Shown piece after piece: positions 49,246 through 60,029 of a stretch of 64,000 nucleotides of DNA (positions within the stretch are counted from its first letter, which is position 1; each line of letters starts with the position of its first letter). The notes under the pieces are model-generated. The model was not told the origin of the DNA, did not search any database, and saw nothing but the letters and a program-made list of their open reading frames with translations. Made by a program: the position numbers and the translations under genes. Source of the stretch: Promethearchaeota archaeon (GTDB lineage: Archaea > Asgardarchaeota > Lokiarchaeia > Sigyniarchaeales > SOKP01); the NCBI GenBank assembly GCA_016839765.1, contig JAEOTP010000007.1:64001-128000 (forward strand). Direction: 5' to 3'.

Positions 49246-51156
49246 TTATATAGAAATATTTCCAAAAGTTATGTTGTAATAGAATAATAAAATCAATAAT
49301 GAGAAAAAAGTAGGTAAAATAAGACTATACGTTAACAACTTCTGAGAAACCCTAATACATTCTTGAAGCGTATTCATGATTGCATCAAAATATTTTGGAT
49401 CTCCCCAAATCTTTACGTTTTCTATTTCAGAGGAGTAGTAACTAAATTCAACCTTGGTTAAATTCTTCTCGGCTTTTGCTATTAATTCTTCGAGTTTTGT
49501 TAAGATATATTCTAATTTAATTTTCTCTCCTATTGGCGAATAACCTCTACTAGTGAATTGTCTAGCAACAGTATGGCTATCACTGGTAGTTACTTCACCT
49601 AATACTATGCCTCTATTTTGGAGCATATTTAAAATAAAGGATCGGATATCCACATAAGCATTGTTAGCATCAAAATGGACTAACACTGTTTTTTGATCTG
49701 TAGTTAAGTTTTTAAAAAGATGAACAACTATACCACCAGAGCCTATCCCATCACGTTCAGAATACTCGCTCAATGAATCTTTGGCTACTCCATATTTAAT
49801 TTCGCTTGATATTGAATTTACTTTTTTTTTACTTGAGATTAAGAAATTTTCACTCACCTTTATTAAATCTTTCCCTTCAATAGTATCCTTTTTAATTAAA
49901 ACTTCGTCTCCAATTATTGAATTATGAGAGTCGATTATGAGTATATCATGATATCCAAGAGAATGAGCAATTTCATTTATATTTTCACCAATCTCTGCCT
50001 CAATATCATCCGAAGGTAAAGGATGCCTTGTAAGGAAAATAATAGGAACATCGCCAATTTCCGTTCCAATTAGTTTAGCAGAGTTATGCATTTTTCTTGA
50101 TAAATTATTAATCTTTTTAATCCATTTTATATTTTCACTGGATTCAATGTATTTTACATCCTTTCTAATTCTAGTTAAAACTTTTTCGAGTTCTTTATGA
50201 TTAGTTAGATTATGTGAATGATCATTAGTAGTATGATAAACAGTTGTGCCAGAGATGTTATTGAACATACTATAAATACGAGATGGTAAATCTGAGGAAC
50301 CACATGTTTTAAAAGGGCCAAAATGAATATCTGGGATTATAAATAAACCTTTTAACTTTTCAGAATTTACATTTCTAATCGCCAAATATTGAATTTTTAC
50401 CTTTGATTCTATACCAATTATATCAAAAAAATCTTCAATTAAATCATCATTATCCTTTGTCATCATAGACAATACAAAAGCCCTTATAAAAGGGTAGCCT
50501 CCTATACCAGTCACTCTCTTATATACGTTGCTAACGTTGGACATCGCTCTTGCATATGGTATAGCAAAAATTAAAGCACAGGATATGAAAAAAACGCTTG
50601 CTCTAATAAGAAATAAAAACCATAATTGGGCTGTTAATATACTATATAAAATAATCCCGATTATAGGCTGAATTAATGCTAAGATTAGATTTCCATATTT
50701 TCCAACAGTTGTAAATGAATAATAGATGACATAAGCTATAATGTATGAGACAATAGTTCCTAAAATAAAAAACATTTCTTGGAATGTAATATTTCTAAGA
50801 AAAACAGCTAACAGTTGACCTATAATTAATGATGCTCCCAAAATAACACTTATAAAGGTGTTAAGTTGTAAAGCCCAACCATTAGGCGGTGGTTTTAATA
50901 TGGGAGCTCTTTTGGAATAATAATAAATTGAAATAAAAGCTCCTGCACCTGAAATGGAATAAAAAATCAGAAGAACAAAAAAAAAGAAATAAAAATTCCA
51001 AATACTCGTATAAATAGAATTTAAGAAAAATGATAATATTCCAAATACAAATGGTATACTGAAAAAAAGGGAAATAGCTAATCGTTTAGTCCCAAAAAAA
51101 TCCATATATGAAATTATTCCTGGTATTTGACGAGAGGGTGGTTTTTGCGTTAACAT
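49246..51156 (-). CDS. DUF2070 family archaeal membrane protein
   Basis: N-terminal TMs; HFGPF..GSS.LP, HSHN, DSHN, DANN, TSDSH motifs. Confidence 0.85.
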   Translation of the reverse strand: MLTQKPPSRQIPGIISYMDFFGTKRLAISLFFSIPFVFGILSFFLNSIYTSIWNFYFFFFVLLIFYSISGAGAFISIYYYSKRAPILKPPPNGWALQLNTFISVILGASLIIGQLLAVFLRNITFQEMFFILGTIVSYIIAYVIYYSFTTVGKYGNLILALIQPIIGIILYSILTAQLWFLFLIRASVFFISCALIFAIPYARAMSNVSNVYKRVTGIGGYPFIRAFVLSMMTKDNDDLIEDFFDIIGIESKVKIQYLAIRNVNSEKLKGLFIIPDIHFGPFKTCGSSDLPSRIYSMFNNISGTTVYHTTNDHSHNLTNHKELEKVLTRIRKDVKYIESSENIKWIKKINNLSRKMHNSAKLIGTEIGDVPIIFLTRHPLPSDDIEAEIGENINEIAHSLGYHDILIIDSHNSIIGDEVLIKKDTIEGKDLIKVSENFLISSKKKVNSISSEIKYGVAKDSLSEYSERDGIGSGGIVVHLFKNLTTDQKTVLVHFDANNAYVDIRSFILNMLQNRGIVLGEVTTSDSHTVARQFTSRGYSPIGEKIKLEYILTKLEELIAKAEKNLTKVEFSYYSSEIENVKIWGDPKYFDAIMNTLQECIRVSQKLLTYSLILPTFFSLLILLFYYNITFGNISI

Positions 51157-51288
51157 TTAGGGCATTAAAAAGATATATTCTTATAATAATATTTTTTCTG
51201 TTACTATATTTAATAATTTAAATTCAAATTTGTATAATTATCTTTTTTATTTAACAAATTATAAATAATTATAAAAATAATAAAAATT

Positions 51289-52341
51289 ATGTCGGAAGAT
51301 ATACAAACATTACAGAGATTCGCATTTAAAAGTTTTGGTGGAGTTCTCTCCGATGGATACGTTTTGTTTGCTAAGAATTGGCTAAAAATCATTGGTCCCA
51401 TGGCGTTTTTTTTAATTATTTCTATAATACTGAAAAATCTTCTCTTACCTGATTTAATTTGGAATTTAGATCTACTTGAACCTCAAGTAAGTGCTATTCT
51501 AAATAAATCAACTATAAATGATGCAGATATACAGATACTTTTACGTTTCATGTTATTATTTTTTGGTAGTTTTATTTTACAAGGAATTATTGGAGCATTT
51601 TTTACTGTAATAGCCATGTGTTCAATAAGCAGTTATCTTTTAAAGAGATATAAAGAGATTGAGGTTGACTTCATTAAAGAATTCAAATCATCTTTTAATT
51701 CAAAATTATTTATAGTATTACTTCTTATTGGAATTGTAGTCCCTTTAGGGATTTTTTTACTCTATATACCAAGTATATTTATATTTGGATTTTATATTTT
51801 TTCAATATTTACTTATAAAAATCAAAATGAAACCATAAAAGAAGCGCGATCTATTGCTAAAGGCTCATTTTGGAAAATAATAGGAGTATTTTTCATACCT
51901 ATTATAATAATATTTACAATTAACTTCTTTTTTCAGATGATTTTAGATTTTATTATTCCAATTGATGAGATAACTTATTTATCATGGTATAATCCTAGTA
52001 GCAGGAACTATGGAATGATAATTTTGTATGATTTTCTCTATAATAATTTCTTTAATATTCTCTTAGGTCCATTATTTATTTGTTTCCTCACAGTTTTATA
52101 TACATCATCAAAAGCTAAAAAAGTAGCGATATCCCAATATAGAGAACAACCTGTTTCAATGAAGTATCGATATTCAGAACCTGTAACATCTAGATTATAT
52201 TCTGATAAAATGGAAATAGAAAAACCAAGAGTAAATCACAAATTTAGTTCAGGTTTTTATTGTCCTTTTTGTGGAAAATTTATGGAGAAGAAATTCGAAA
52301 AATGTCCATATTGTAATGAACCTTTAGATTTTAGTTTTTAA
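51289..52341 (+). CDS. Membrane protein with C-terminal zinc ribbon
   Basis: 5-6 TM; CPFCG...CPYC. Confidence 0.75.
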   Translation: MSEDIQTLQRFAFKSFGGVLSDGYVLFAKNWLKIIGPMAFFLIISIILKNLLLPDLIWNLDLLEPQVSAILNKSTINDADIQILLRFMLLFFGSFILQGIIGAFFTVIAMCSISSYLLKRYKEIEVDFIKEFKSSFNSKLFIVLLLIGIVVPLGIFLLYIPSIFIFGFYIFSIFTYKNQNETIKEARSIAKGSFWKIIGVFFIPIIIIFTINFFFQMILDFIIPIDEITYLSWYNPSSRNYGMIILYDFLYNNFFNILLGPLFICFLTVLYTSSKAKKVAISQYREQPVSMKYRYSEPVTSRLYSDKMEIEKPRVNHKFSSGFYCPFCGKFMEKKFEKCPYCNEPLDFSF

Positions 52342-52359
52342 TAATAAAAATAGGAGAAA

Positions 52360-53154
52360 ATGATGTATATCAACATTATAAAAAAATTCGATTTAAAGAC
52401 TGAAGAAATTCATAATCCAGTAGTCCTTATAGGTTGGCCTGGAATTGCTTTAGTTGCAAAATTAGCTATAACGTCAATAAAAGACTCTATTAAAGCAAAA
52501 GAGTTCTTGAATATAGAATATTTTGATTTTCCTCCCAAATCAAATGTAGAAAAGGGTAAATTAGAAATTCCAACAGCAGAAGTATATTATAAATCTAGAC
52601 CTGGAAAAAAGGAAAATGACTTATTTATATTAACAGCTAATTACCAACCTCAAACTCCTGAGGGTGTTTTTGAGTTTTCTCAAAAATTTTGTGAAGAAAT
52701 GGATAAAATAACAGAAGGAAAAATCACCATGTATGTAAGTACTGGTGCAATGGTTTCAGATAAAATTAGAGATGAACCAATGGTTCATGTGTGTGGTACT
52801 GATCATGAAGTCGTGAAATCTTTTTTAAAACAGAAAGACACAAAAATTATGGACGGTGGAGTAATAGCTGGAGCCAATGGGATTTTACCTGCTTGGGCAG
52901 GACAAAAGGGATTTGCACCTGGAATTTGTTTATTAGCAGAAACATTACCCTTACCTATGATGTCTTTAGATCCTCGAGCTTCGAAAGCTTTAGTTACAAT
53001 ACTTAAAGATTACTTTAATATTGAAATGGGATTTGAAGAATTAGATAAAAAAATTGAAGAAATGGAAAGTGTGATTGAGTCTTATAAGAAGCAAGCAGAA
53101 CATTTCATGAAAGGTGCCCGAGAAGATAGAGGATCGGATTCATACTTCCGTTAA
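52360..53154 (+). CDS. PAC2 family proteasome assembly chaperone
   Basis: GWPGIALVAKLA, QP, GVIAGANG, LLAET, DPRAS, C-terminal YFR. Confidence 0.9.
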   Translation: MMYINIIKKFDLKTEEIHNPVVLIGWPGIALVAKLAITSIKDSIKAKEFLNIEYFDFPPKSNVEKGKLEIPTAEVYYKSRPGKKENDLFILTANYQPQTPEGVFEFSQKFCEEMDKITEGKITMYVSTGAMVSDKIRDEPMVHVCGTDHEVVKSFLKQKDTKIMDGGVIAGANGILPAWAGQKGFAPGICLLAETLPLPMMSLDPRASKALVTILKDYFNIEMGFEELDKKIEEMESVIESYKKQAEHFMKGAREDRGSDSYFR

Positions 53155-53354
53155 AGAAGCATAAACCTTTTCGAAATATAATTTAAAACATACGATTTAT
53201 AATAAATAAATTAAAGATAAAATCTTTTTTGAATTAATTGATAATTCTTCTACTAGATTTGACATATTTTTTACAAGAGATAACAATTTAAATAGTTATC
53301 AATTTTAATATCTAACAAAATTAATATTTTAAATCTATTTAATAGGAGTTTCAT

Positions 53355-55367
53355 ATGAAATTTTTCAAATTATTCGAACCTTTGAAAATTAATAACATGA
53401 CTATATCAAATCGTATAGTTATGCCCGCAATAAATCTCAATTATGCTAATGATGGTTTTATTACGCAAAAACTAATTGATTTTTACGTTGAAAGGGCAAA
53501 GGGAGGTGCTGCTATGCTTATTGTGGGGGGTTGTTATATAGATCTTTATGCAAAAGGACATCCAATGATGATTTCTATAGAAAATGATAAATATCTTCCA
53601 ATGTTAACCGAGTTAACTAAAGCTGTGCATAATGCAAGGAGTGATGTTAAAGTTTGTTGCCAATTATACCACGGTGGTGCCTATACTTACCCACAGATAA
53701 TTGGAAGAGCCCCCATTGCTCCCTCTGCGGTATATAGCAAATTTAGTAAGGCGACCCCTCGAGAAATGACTCTTGATGATATTAAAAATGAGCAACAAGC
53801 ATTTGTGGAAGCAACATTACGTGCTAAAAAGGCAGGTTTTGATGCAGTTGAGATTTGTGCTAATGCTGGCTATTTAATGGATCAGTTTCTTTCACCTTTA
53901 AAAAATAAAAGAACAGATGAATATGGTGGAGTTCTTGAGAATCGGATAAGATTTCCAATTGAAACAATTGAACTAATGAGATCAAGTGCAGAAGATTTTA
54001 ATATTGGATATCGTATTTCAGGAGATGATTTTGTACCAGGAAGTAATACTTATAAAGAAAAAGCAATAATCGCTGAAATATTAGGAAAACATTTGGATTA
54101 TCTTAATGTTACTGGAGGGTGGCATGTTACGAAAACACCTCAAACCACTATGGATGTTCCCGAAGGATGTTATACTTATTTAGCGGAAAATATTAAGAAA
54201 CATGTATCTATTCCTGTTTTCGCTTCCAATAGAATCAACATCCCGGAATTGGCTGAAAACATATTAATGGCTGGTAAGGCAGATGCAATTTGTATGGGCA
54301 GAACTCTGATAGCTGATCCTTATTTGCCAATAAAGGCAAAAAGAGGTGAATTAAGAGATATAATGAATTGTGTTGGGTGTAACCAGGGATGTTTTGATAG
54401 TATTTTTAAATTATCATCCGTTACTTGTTTAAGAAATGCTAGAGCGGGAAATGAAGCTCGAACTGAGTTGAAACCTTTAAAAGAGAAGAAAAAGGTTATG
54501 GTGATTGGTTCTGGACCTGGAGGACTGGAAGCTGCACGTGTAGCCGCAATGAGAGGGCATGATGTACATATTTTTGAAAAAGAAGATAAAATTGGTGGGC
54601 TTATAAATATAATTTGGGTACCACCTGGCAGAAATGAATTTAAACGAATGATTGAAAATTACACATATTGGATTCAGAAATATGGAATAACTGTACACTT
54701 GCAAGAAAAAGTTAATCTCGATAAAATTAAAGAATATAACCCAGATGTAGTATTTGTAGCTACTGGTTCAAAACCTATTTTGCCACCAATTACAGGTATA
54801 GACCGAGGAAATGTGTACTGGGCTAACCTTGTATTTAGTGGAGATGCTCCCATAGGCAAAAATAGTGTTATAATCGGCGGTGGTGCAACCGGTATTGAAT
54901 TAGCAATTTATTTAGCTAAATATGGAGCACTAAGTCGTGAAGCTTTTGACTTTCTTACATTTTACAAAGCATTAGAGCCTGACGTTGCCTTAAATATGCT
55001 CCATGGGGCAAGAAATAAAGTCACTGTTTTAGAGCAATTACCTAAACTTGGTTCAGCTTTAGGAAAAACAACTAAATGGGTTATGTTAGATAAATGTGAT
55101 GCTTTAGGGATTAAAATGCTTACTAGTGTAAATGTTACTGAAATTGGTCAGAATTATGTGTCCTATATGGATGCTAATGATACTGAACAGGTTATTAATG
55201 ATGTTGATATGGTATATTATGCAACGGGAGTAAAACCAAATGATAATCTTTACAGTGAATTAAAGGAACTTGGCACTTATAGCGTTGTGAAAATTGGTGA
55301 TGCTAAAAAACCTGAAACCGTTATGGAAGCTGTGAGTAGGGGTTATAAGGTAGGAAATAGTATATAA
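53355..55367 (+). CDS. NADH:flavin oxidoreductase / 2,4-dienoyl-CoA reductase (FadH-like, OYE barrel plus 4Fe-4S plus FAD)
   Basis: GYL..QFLSP..N.RTDEYGG, CVGCNQGC, GSGPGG, GGGATG motifs. Confidence 0.93.
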   Translation: MKFFKLFEPLKINNMTISNRIVMPAINLNYANDGFITQKLIDFYVERAKGGAAMLIVGGCYIDLYAKGHPMMISIENDKYLPMLTELTKAVHNARSDVKVCCQLYHGGAYTYPQIIGRAPIAPSAVYSKFSKATPREMTLDDIKNEQQAFVEATLRAKKAGFDAVEICANAGYLMDQFLSPLKNKRTDEYGGVLENRIRFPIETIELMRSSAEDFNIGYRISGDDFVPGSNTYKEKAIIAEILGKHLDYLNVTGGWHVTKTPQTTMDVPEGCYTYLAENIKKHVSIPVFASNRINIPELAENILMAGKADAICMGRTLIADPYLPIKAKRGELRDIMNCVGCNQGCFDSIFKLSSVTCLRNARAGNEARTELKPLKEKKKVMVIGSGPGGLEAARVAAMRGHDVHIFEKEDKIGGLINIIWVPPGRNEFKRMIENYTYWIQKYGITVHLQEKVNLDKIKEYNPDVVFVATGSKPILPPITGIDRGNVYWANLVFSGDAPIGKNSVIIGGGATGIELAIYLAKYGALSREAFDFLTFYKALEPDVALNMLHGARNKVTVLEQLPKLGSALGKTTKWVMLDKCDALGIKMLTSVNVTEIGQNYVSYMDANDTEQVINDVDMVYYATGVKPNDNLYSELKELGTYSVVKIGDAKKPETVMEAVSRGYKVGNSI

Positions 55368-55440
55368 CTAACTTTTATGAATTTATTAATTCTTGTTTTT
55401 TTATTTTATAAAATTTATAAAATAGGAAATTAATTTTTTA

Positions 55441-56436
55441 TTGATCATATTGGAAGAAACCAAATCGAATATTCCGTTAAATGATTTAAAAAATAGGCTA
55501 TCCTCCAATTTAAAAGACATTAATGAGAGGTCAAGAAATTATATCAAAGACGTAATAACCCTTATTCATAAAGAAATTGGAATTAATAAGATTTTGTCCA
55601 TAATGTTGTTTGGAAGTCAGAGATCTGAGAAAAAACAAGAAAGGTCTCTGATATCTGACTGTGATTTACTTTTTATCTTCAAAAATCGAGTATCAAATAG
55701 GCATATTAGAGAAATTGAAAAATATTTAATTGCCTTAGAAGTAAAACATAAATTTAAATTACCGAATCCTTCATTACTTAATAATATCTTAGGGGTTATT
55801 CAATATTCAACAGGAATGTTCGTTAGCCATTTTTTAACGAAACAAAAATTCTGGGAACAGGCTAATTTCCATAAAATATTTCATGTAAATAAAGTGTTTT
55901 CTGCGTTATTTGCTCCTCGGAATATTGTATTAAGTAATGTTATTGATAATTGTACTGTTCTTTATGGAGAAGATTTAAGAAATAATATAAAACCTCGCAT
56001 TAAAATTTCAATTAAAGAGATGTTTAAAAGTACAGTGATGAATTTATTCATATCATTTTTTGCTCTTATAATATTCCCTTTAAAAAAAATTAATTCAATA
56101 AAGTATCAGTTGGAGGCGATAAAATGGACTTTAAGGACTGCAAATTATTATTGCTTTGAAGATACTGAGACTCTTATTTATATAATTAATAGATTTATTT
56201 CTCTCGAATCTTATGCATCCCAAATAAAATCAAAACACTTTTTTAATAAATTCCTCCAATTAAGGAAAAAACCTCAAAATATTTTTAATTTTATGCTACG
56301 GTCTCCTATCAGAATTATTAAAATTCACGTTAAAGCAATCATTTACAAAAAGCTAGTTAAAAAAAATCTAATAAAAGTGCCCATAAAACGTAGGGACCAA
56401 ATCATTACAGGTCAAACCTTCCCTATACAGTTTTAA
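55441..56436 (+). CDS. Pol-beta-type nucleotidyltransferase with helical C-terminal domain
   Basis: MLFGS...SDCDLL motif, LYGED. Confidence 0.75.
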   Translation: MIILEETKSNIPLNDLKNRLSSNLKDINERSRNYIKDVITLIHKEIGINKILSIMLFGSQRSEKKQERSLISDCDLLFIFKNRVSNRHIREIEKYLIALEVKHKFKLPNPSLLNNILGVIQYSTGMFVSHFLTKQKFWEQANFHKIFHVNKVFSALFAPRNIVLSNVIDNCTVLYGEDLRNNIKPRIKISIKEMFKSTVMNLFISFFALIIFPLKKINSIKYQLEAIKWTLRTANYYCFEDTETLIYIINRFISLESYASQIKSKHFFNKFLQLRKKPQNIFNFMLRSPIRIIKIHVKAIIYKKLVKKNLIKVPIKRRDQIITGQTFPIQF

Positions 56437-56513
56437 ATAGAGAAAATAAAAAGTTTTAATAATTTTAGAATTCTATAAATAATTATTAAGGATAAATCAA
56501 ATGCTTTTTTAAA

Positions 56514-57059
56514 ATGGAAAGCAACAGTATTGACATTAGAGAATTATTTTTAGATATTTTAGAAATAGTTAAGTTTGAACTTCGGTTTTATACCATTAAA
56601 GAGAGTCCGATGTTTGAGCGAATTGTGAAAACAAGAGTGTTCCAACAAAAACTCCAAAGACTTAAGGATTTCATCAATGCGTATTTCGAAATAATGTATA
56701 AAGACGAAGATAGTCCCATTAATCAAGCCGCTCTTCGTGCTCAATTAGATAATATTGCCAGAATTACTAATTATTACAACGATTTATCTGATTTTTATAA
56801 AGACCATACAAAAACTCTTATCACCAAAGAGAAGCTCCAGGGTCTAATAGATTACAGCCATATTGAAATTTTATTCCTTATCTTTACTAATATCATAGAC
56901 TGGGAACATTACAAAAGCAGTTTAATTTTTCCACATAATAAGAGTAAAGAAAAATTATTAAAAGAATTTTTAAGTAAAATTGCGAGTTCAGATATAAAAA
57001 ACCTTGAAGATTTAGTTGATCTTGAGCAATCAATTGAGAGCTTTGTAGCAAATATTTAG
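56514..57059 (+). CDS. Hypothetical alpha-helical protein
   Basis: 181-aa ORF with typical composition. Confidence 0.65.
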   Translation: MESNSIDIRELFLDILEIVKFELRFYTIKESPMFERIVKTRVFQQKLQRLKDFINAYFEIMYKDEDSPINQAALRAQLDNIARITNYYNDLSDFYKDHTKTLITKEKLQGLIDYSHIEILFLIFTNIIDWEHYKSSLIFPHNKSKEKLLKEFLSKIASSDIKNLEDLVDLEQSIESFVANI

Positions 57060-57267
57060 ATTTAATTATAACTACTCTTTTTAAAATTTTTAATGCACGT
57101 TCAAGAATTTTTAATTTTCAACATTCTCTTGTGAAATTCAGTCAAAAATATTTTTATAGTCGAAGAAGTATGTCTAGTAAGAATAGTAAATAATAGTTGG
57201 AATTATTTTCAGAATCGTACATTCTGAAATCTATCAGATTATAGAAGTGTACATAGGTATCAATTCA

Positions 57268-57573
57268 ATGGATTGCATAGCTCAAATTATGGAATTTTAT
57301 CACAATAAAGCAAAAAGTGCTCATGATCCAGTTCAATTTAATAGAGTTTGGTTAAGCAAGATTTTGATAAAATTAATGAATAATTTTAATGGTAAAGCTA
57401 CACCAGAGGATAATTTCCAACTTCGGAGTTGTTTAATTTTATTGATTAATTTATTTTCAAACAATGATACTACTGATCACTATAATAAAAAAGGAAAAGG
57501 AAGTAAAGAACTCTCTGCTAAGGAAAAAGAATTTTTTAAAGAACTCTTAGCGAAAGAATTTCTTAATAATTAA
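57268..57573 (+). CDS. Hypothetical protein
   Basis: ATG at 57268 after AGGT; helical. Confidence 0.6.
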   Translation: MDCIAQIMEFYHNKAKSAHDPVQFNRVWLSKILIKLMNNFNGKATPEDNFQLRSCLILLINLFSNNDTTDHYNKKGKGSKELSAKEKEFFKELLAKEFLNN

Positions 57574-57595
57574 TTCGATATTTTTTTGAATTTTA

Positions 57596-59821
57596 TTAAA
57601 AAACTTTTAATTCTGCTTCTTTCCATTTATCATATTCATTAAAAATAGTATCAATTTTATCCAAAATCTTTTTAAGTGTTTTTTTTGTGTCTTTATTTTG
57701 ACCAAACGTATCAGTAATTACATTATATATATTAACATTAAATTCTAAAGTTAGGTCAGAGATTTTTTCTAAGTCTTCTTTATTAATTCCGTTTTCCTCT
57801 AATTGTTTAAAAATATCTTCAAATTCCTGTCTTAATCGATTTGTTGCTATTAATGATTTAGAACATTTTTTAAAAAATTGCTTTTCTTTTTCATAAACTA
57901 ATTGATCTTCTTCAGATAAATCTGAAGTACCATTAATCACTTCTAATCTTTCATTAAGGAGATTTATTACTCTTTCATAGGTTTTAATTGCATCCAAAAT
58001 CTTAACCATGCTCTTAATTAAATTATTTTTCCTTAATAGTCGTGCTTCTATTATTTTTAAATTAGCATCTTCATAATAAATCTGCAATTCTCCGAATGTG
58101 CTTTTTTCTCCTTCAGCAATTTTTAATACTATCTGTTTTAGATCTTCATTATGTAAACTTCTTTCTTTCTGTGATAAATCATCACTTTCTAGTAAGTTAT
58201 AAATCTGATTTGCCATACTTTTTATCGAGGTTGCTTTAATGTTTAGCTCCCGCGCTTTTTGTTCAATATTGGTTATGCTCCTAAATTCACCTTCTTTTTC
58301 ACAGTAATTAAAAATTATAATAGCTTCACTAATTAACTTGTTAAATTTTTCAGGACTAGTCAATATATAATATTTAGCATCTTGAACTTTTTGAATTGCT
58401 CTATCCATTTGAATTTCTAATTCAAAAATATAGTCTAATAAACCAACTTGTTTTCGTTCAGATAGAATCATCGATTTGGTGGTTAAATCCTTTCCAACGC
58501 TCCGACTGGCAAAAATCCATAAAATACACGCTGGTATCCACAAAAACACAGAAATAAACATCATATTATATATTCCACTATTATTAAACATACCATTCAA
58601 AAATGATATTAAGAAATAAGACACAAATAAAGTAAGTCCCTTTCCAATTTGCTCAGAAAGGTTTAAGAACGAAATAGACGTTCCTCTATGTTCGGGTAAA
58701 TTGATATCAATCATAACAGCATTTCTATTCGCTACTGGACCAGCAATTAGAATTGTACCAATAAGCCCAAAAATAAAATAATAAATATAATTGGGATATT
58801 TCGAAAAAATTTCTCCTAATGTTAAGAAAATATAATTGGCAAGTTCAGATGTTGGAATTGGACTAGGATAAGTAATATTTAAAATAGTTATACTAACAGG
58901 CTTAATAAGAAGCAGTGTAACTAGATAGAAAGGGAAAGCACTGATCATACAAACCATTGCCAGTCTTGTTCTATTTTTCTTATTTTTTCGATATAAAATA
59001 TCTCCTAAATAGGAAAGAACTAAATTTCCAATAATATATCCAATACCTAATATACCTGCTAAGATAGTAGCGGTTTGTAACCGAATTTGTAGTGGTAAAT
59101 CATTTAAATAATATAATGTTAACATTGAGGTTAGAAAATATATTGTAACTGTTCCGGGAATAATAGAAAAAAAGCTTTGGTAGATGAGATATCGATTCGT
59201 CTTTTTTTTTAAGATTTTAGATAGATCTTTTTTTGAAATAGTATAACTATATTCAAGATTTAGTTCCGTTAAGTCTAATAATTCAGCCTCACTTACACCA
59301 CGTTTGGGTATTTTAACAAAAAAAAGAAAAAATACTATGGCTATACTTATACCAGATAACAAAAAGAATGGGAATCTCCATGTTAAGATTGGACCAATAA
59401 ATGATGATAAAGCTTGTCCAACTCCATTTGAGACTGAACTTAAAATTGCTAAAGTACCAAACCAACCAGATCGTTCATCAGGCGGAATAGCATCAGAAAT
59501 GATAGAGTATCCTACTGGTAATACACAACCCAGACCTGCTCCACTTAACATCCTTGAAACTACCAACATAATGTAGCTCGTTGAAAAGCCAGTTAGGGCC
59601 ATTCCAAATGTCCAGGAAAATGCTCCTGCCATTATAACTTTTGTTCTATCAATCCGATCAGTATAATAACCCCACAATAAAGCAAAAAAAGCGCTTACCA
59701 CTATAAAAAAAGCATCTGGAATTGCTAATAATGCCTCTGGAATATTAAATTCTAATTGAATAGCTGCATAACTAGGGATCAGCATATTAGCACATGCTAT
59801 TGATACAAATAACAATAACAT
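57596..59821 (-). CDS. MFS transporter (Spinster-like) with long C-terminal soluble helical extension
   Basis: WGYYTDRIDR motif A, ISD..PP.ER, WR.PF, LGD, PEHRG; about 290-aa hydrophilic tail; true start may lie further upstream (e.g. ATT 59881). Confidence 0.85.
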   Translation of the reverse strand: MLLLFVSIACANMLIPSYAAIQLEFNIPEALLAIPDAFFIVVSAFFALLWGYYTDRIDRTKVIMAGAFSWTFGMALTGFSTSYIMLVVSRMLSGAGLGCVLPVGYSIISDAIPPDERSGWFGTLAILSSVSNGVGQALSSFIGPILTWRFPFFLLSGISIAIVFFLFFVKIPKRGVSEAELLDLTELNLEYSYTISKKDLSKILKKKTNRYLIYQSFFSIIPGTVTIYFLTSMLTLYYLNDLPLQIRLQTATILAGILGIGYIIGNLVLSYLGDILYRKNKKNRTRLAMVCMISAFPFYLVTLLLIKPVSITILNITYPSPIPTSELANYIFLTLGEIFSKYPNYIYYFIFGLIGTILIAGPVANRNAVMIDINLPEHRGTSISFLNLSEQIGKGLTLFVSYFLISFLNGMFNNSGIYNMMFISVFLWIPACILWIFASRSVGKDLTTKSMILSERKQVGLLDYIFELEIQMDRAIQKVQDAKYYILTSPEKFNKLISEAIIIFNYCEKEGEFRSITNIEQKARELNIKATSIKSMANQIYNLLESDDLSQKERSLHNEDLKQIVLKIAEGEKSTFGELQIYYEDANLKIIEARLLRKNNLIKSMVKILDAIKTYERVINLLNERLEVINGTSDLSEEDQLVYEKEKQFFKKCSKSLIATNRLRQEFEDIFKQLEENGINKEDLEKISDLTLEFNVNIYNVITDTFGQNKDTKKTLKKILDKIDTIFNEYDKWKEAELKVF

Positions 59822-60029
59822 TACTAATAAAATTGGAGTTAAATCCTTCAGTTTAATTTTTGTTAATTTAAAGCGTCCAATAAGCTTAACCTTTCTAATT
59901 TTGTTATATTTAATAACATTAGAGAATTAAAAAAGCTTTCAAACCGATAATTTTTTAAGTAATGCTCTTAATTTTAATAAAATTTGATAAAAGGAAAACA
60001 AATTTATTCAATTATAGGAAAAAAATTAT

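Noticed and set aside
59822-59900. Firm ATT start for the MFS gene at 59881
   Set aside because: The frame stays open further upstream and the RBS is weak, so the start cannot be pinned; mentioned only as possible
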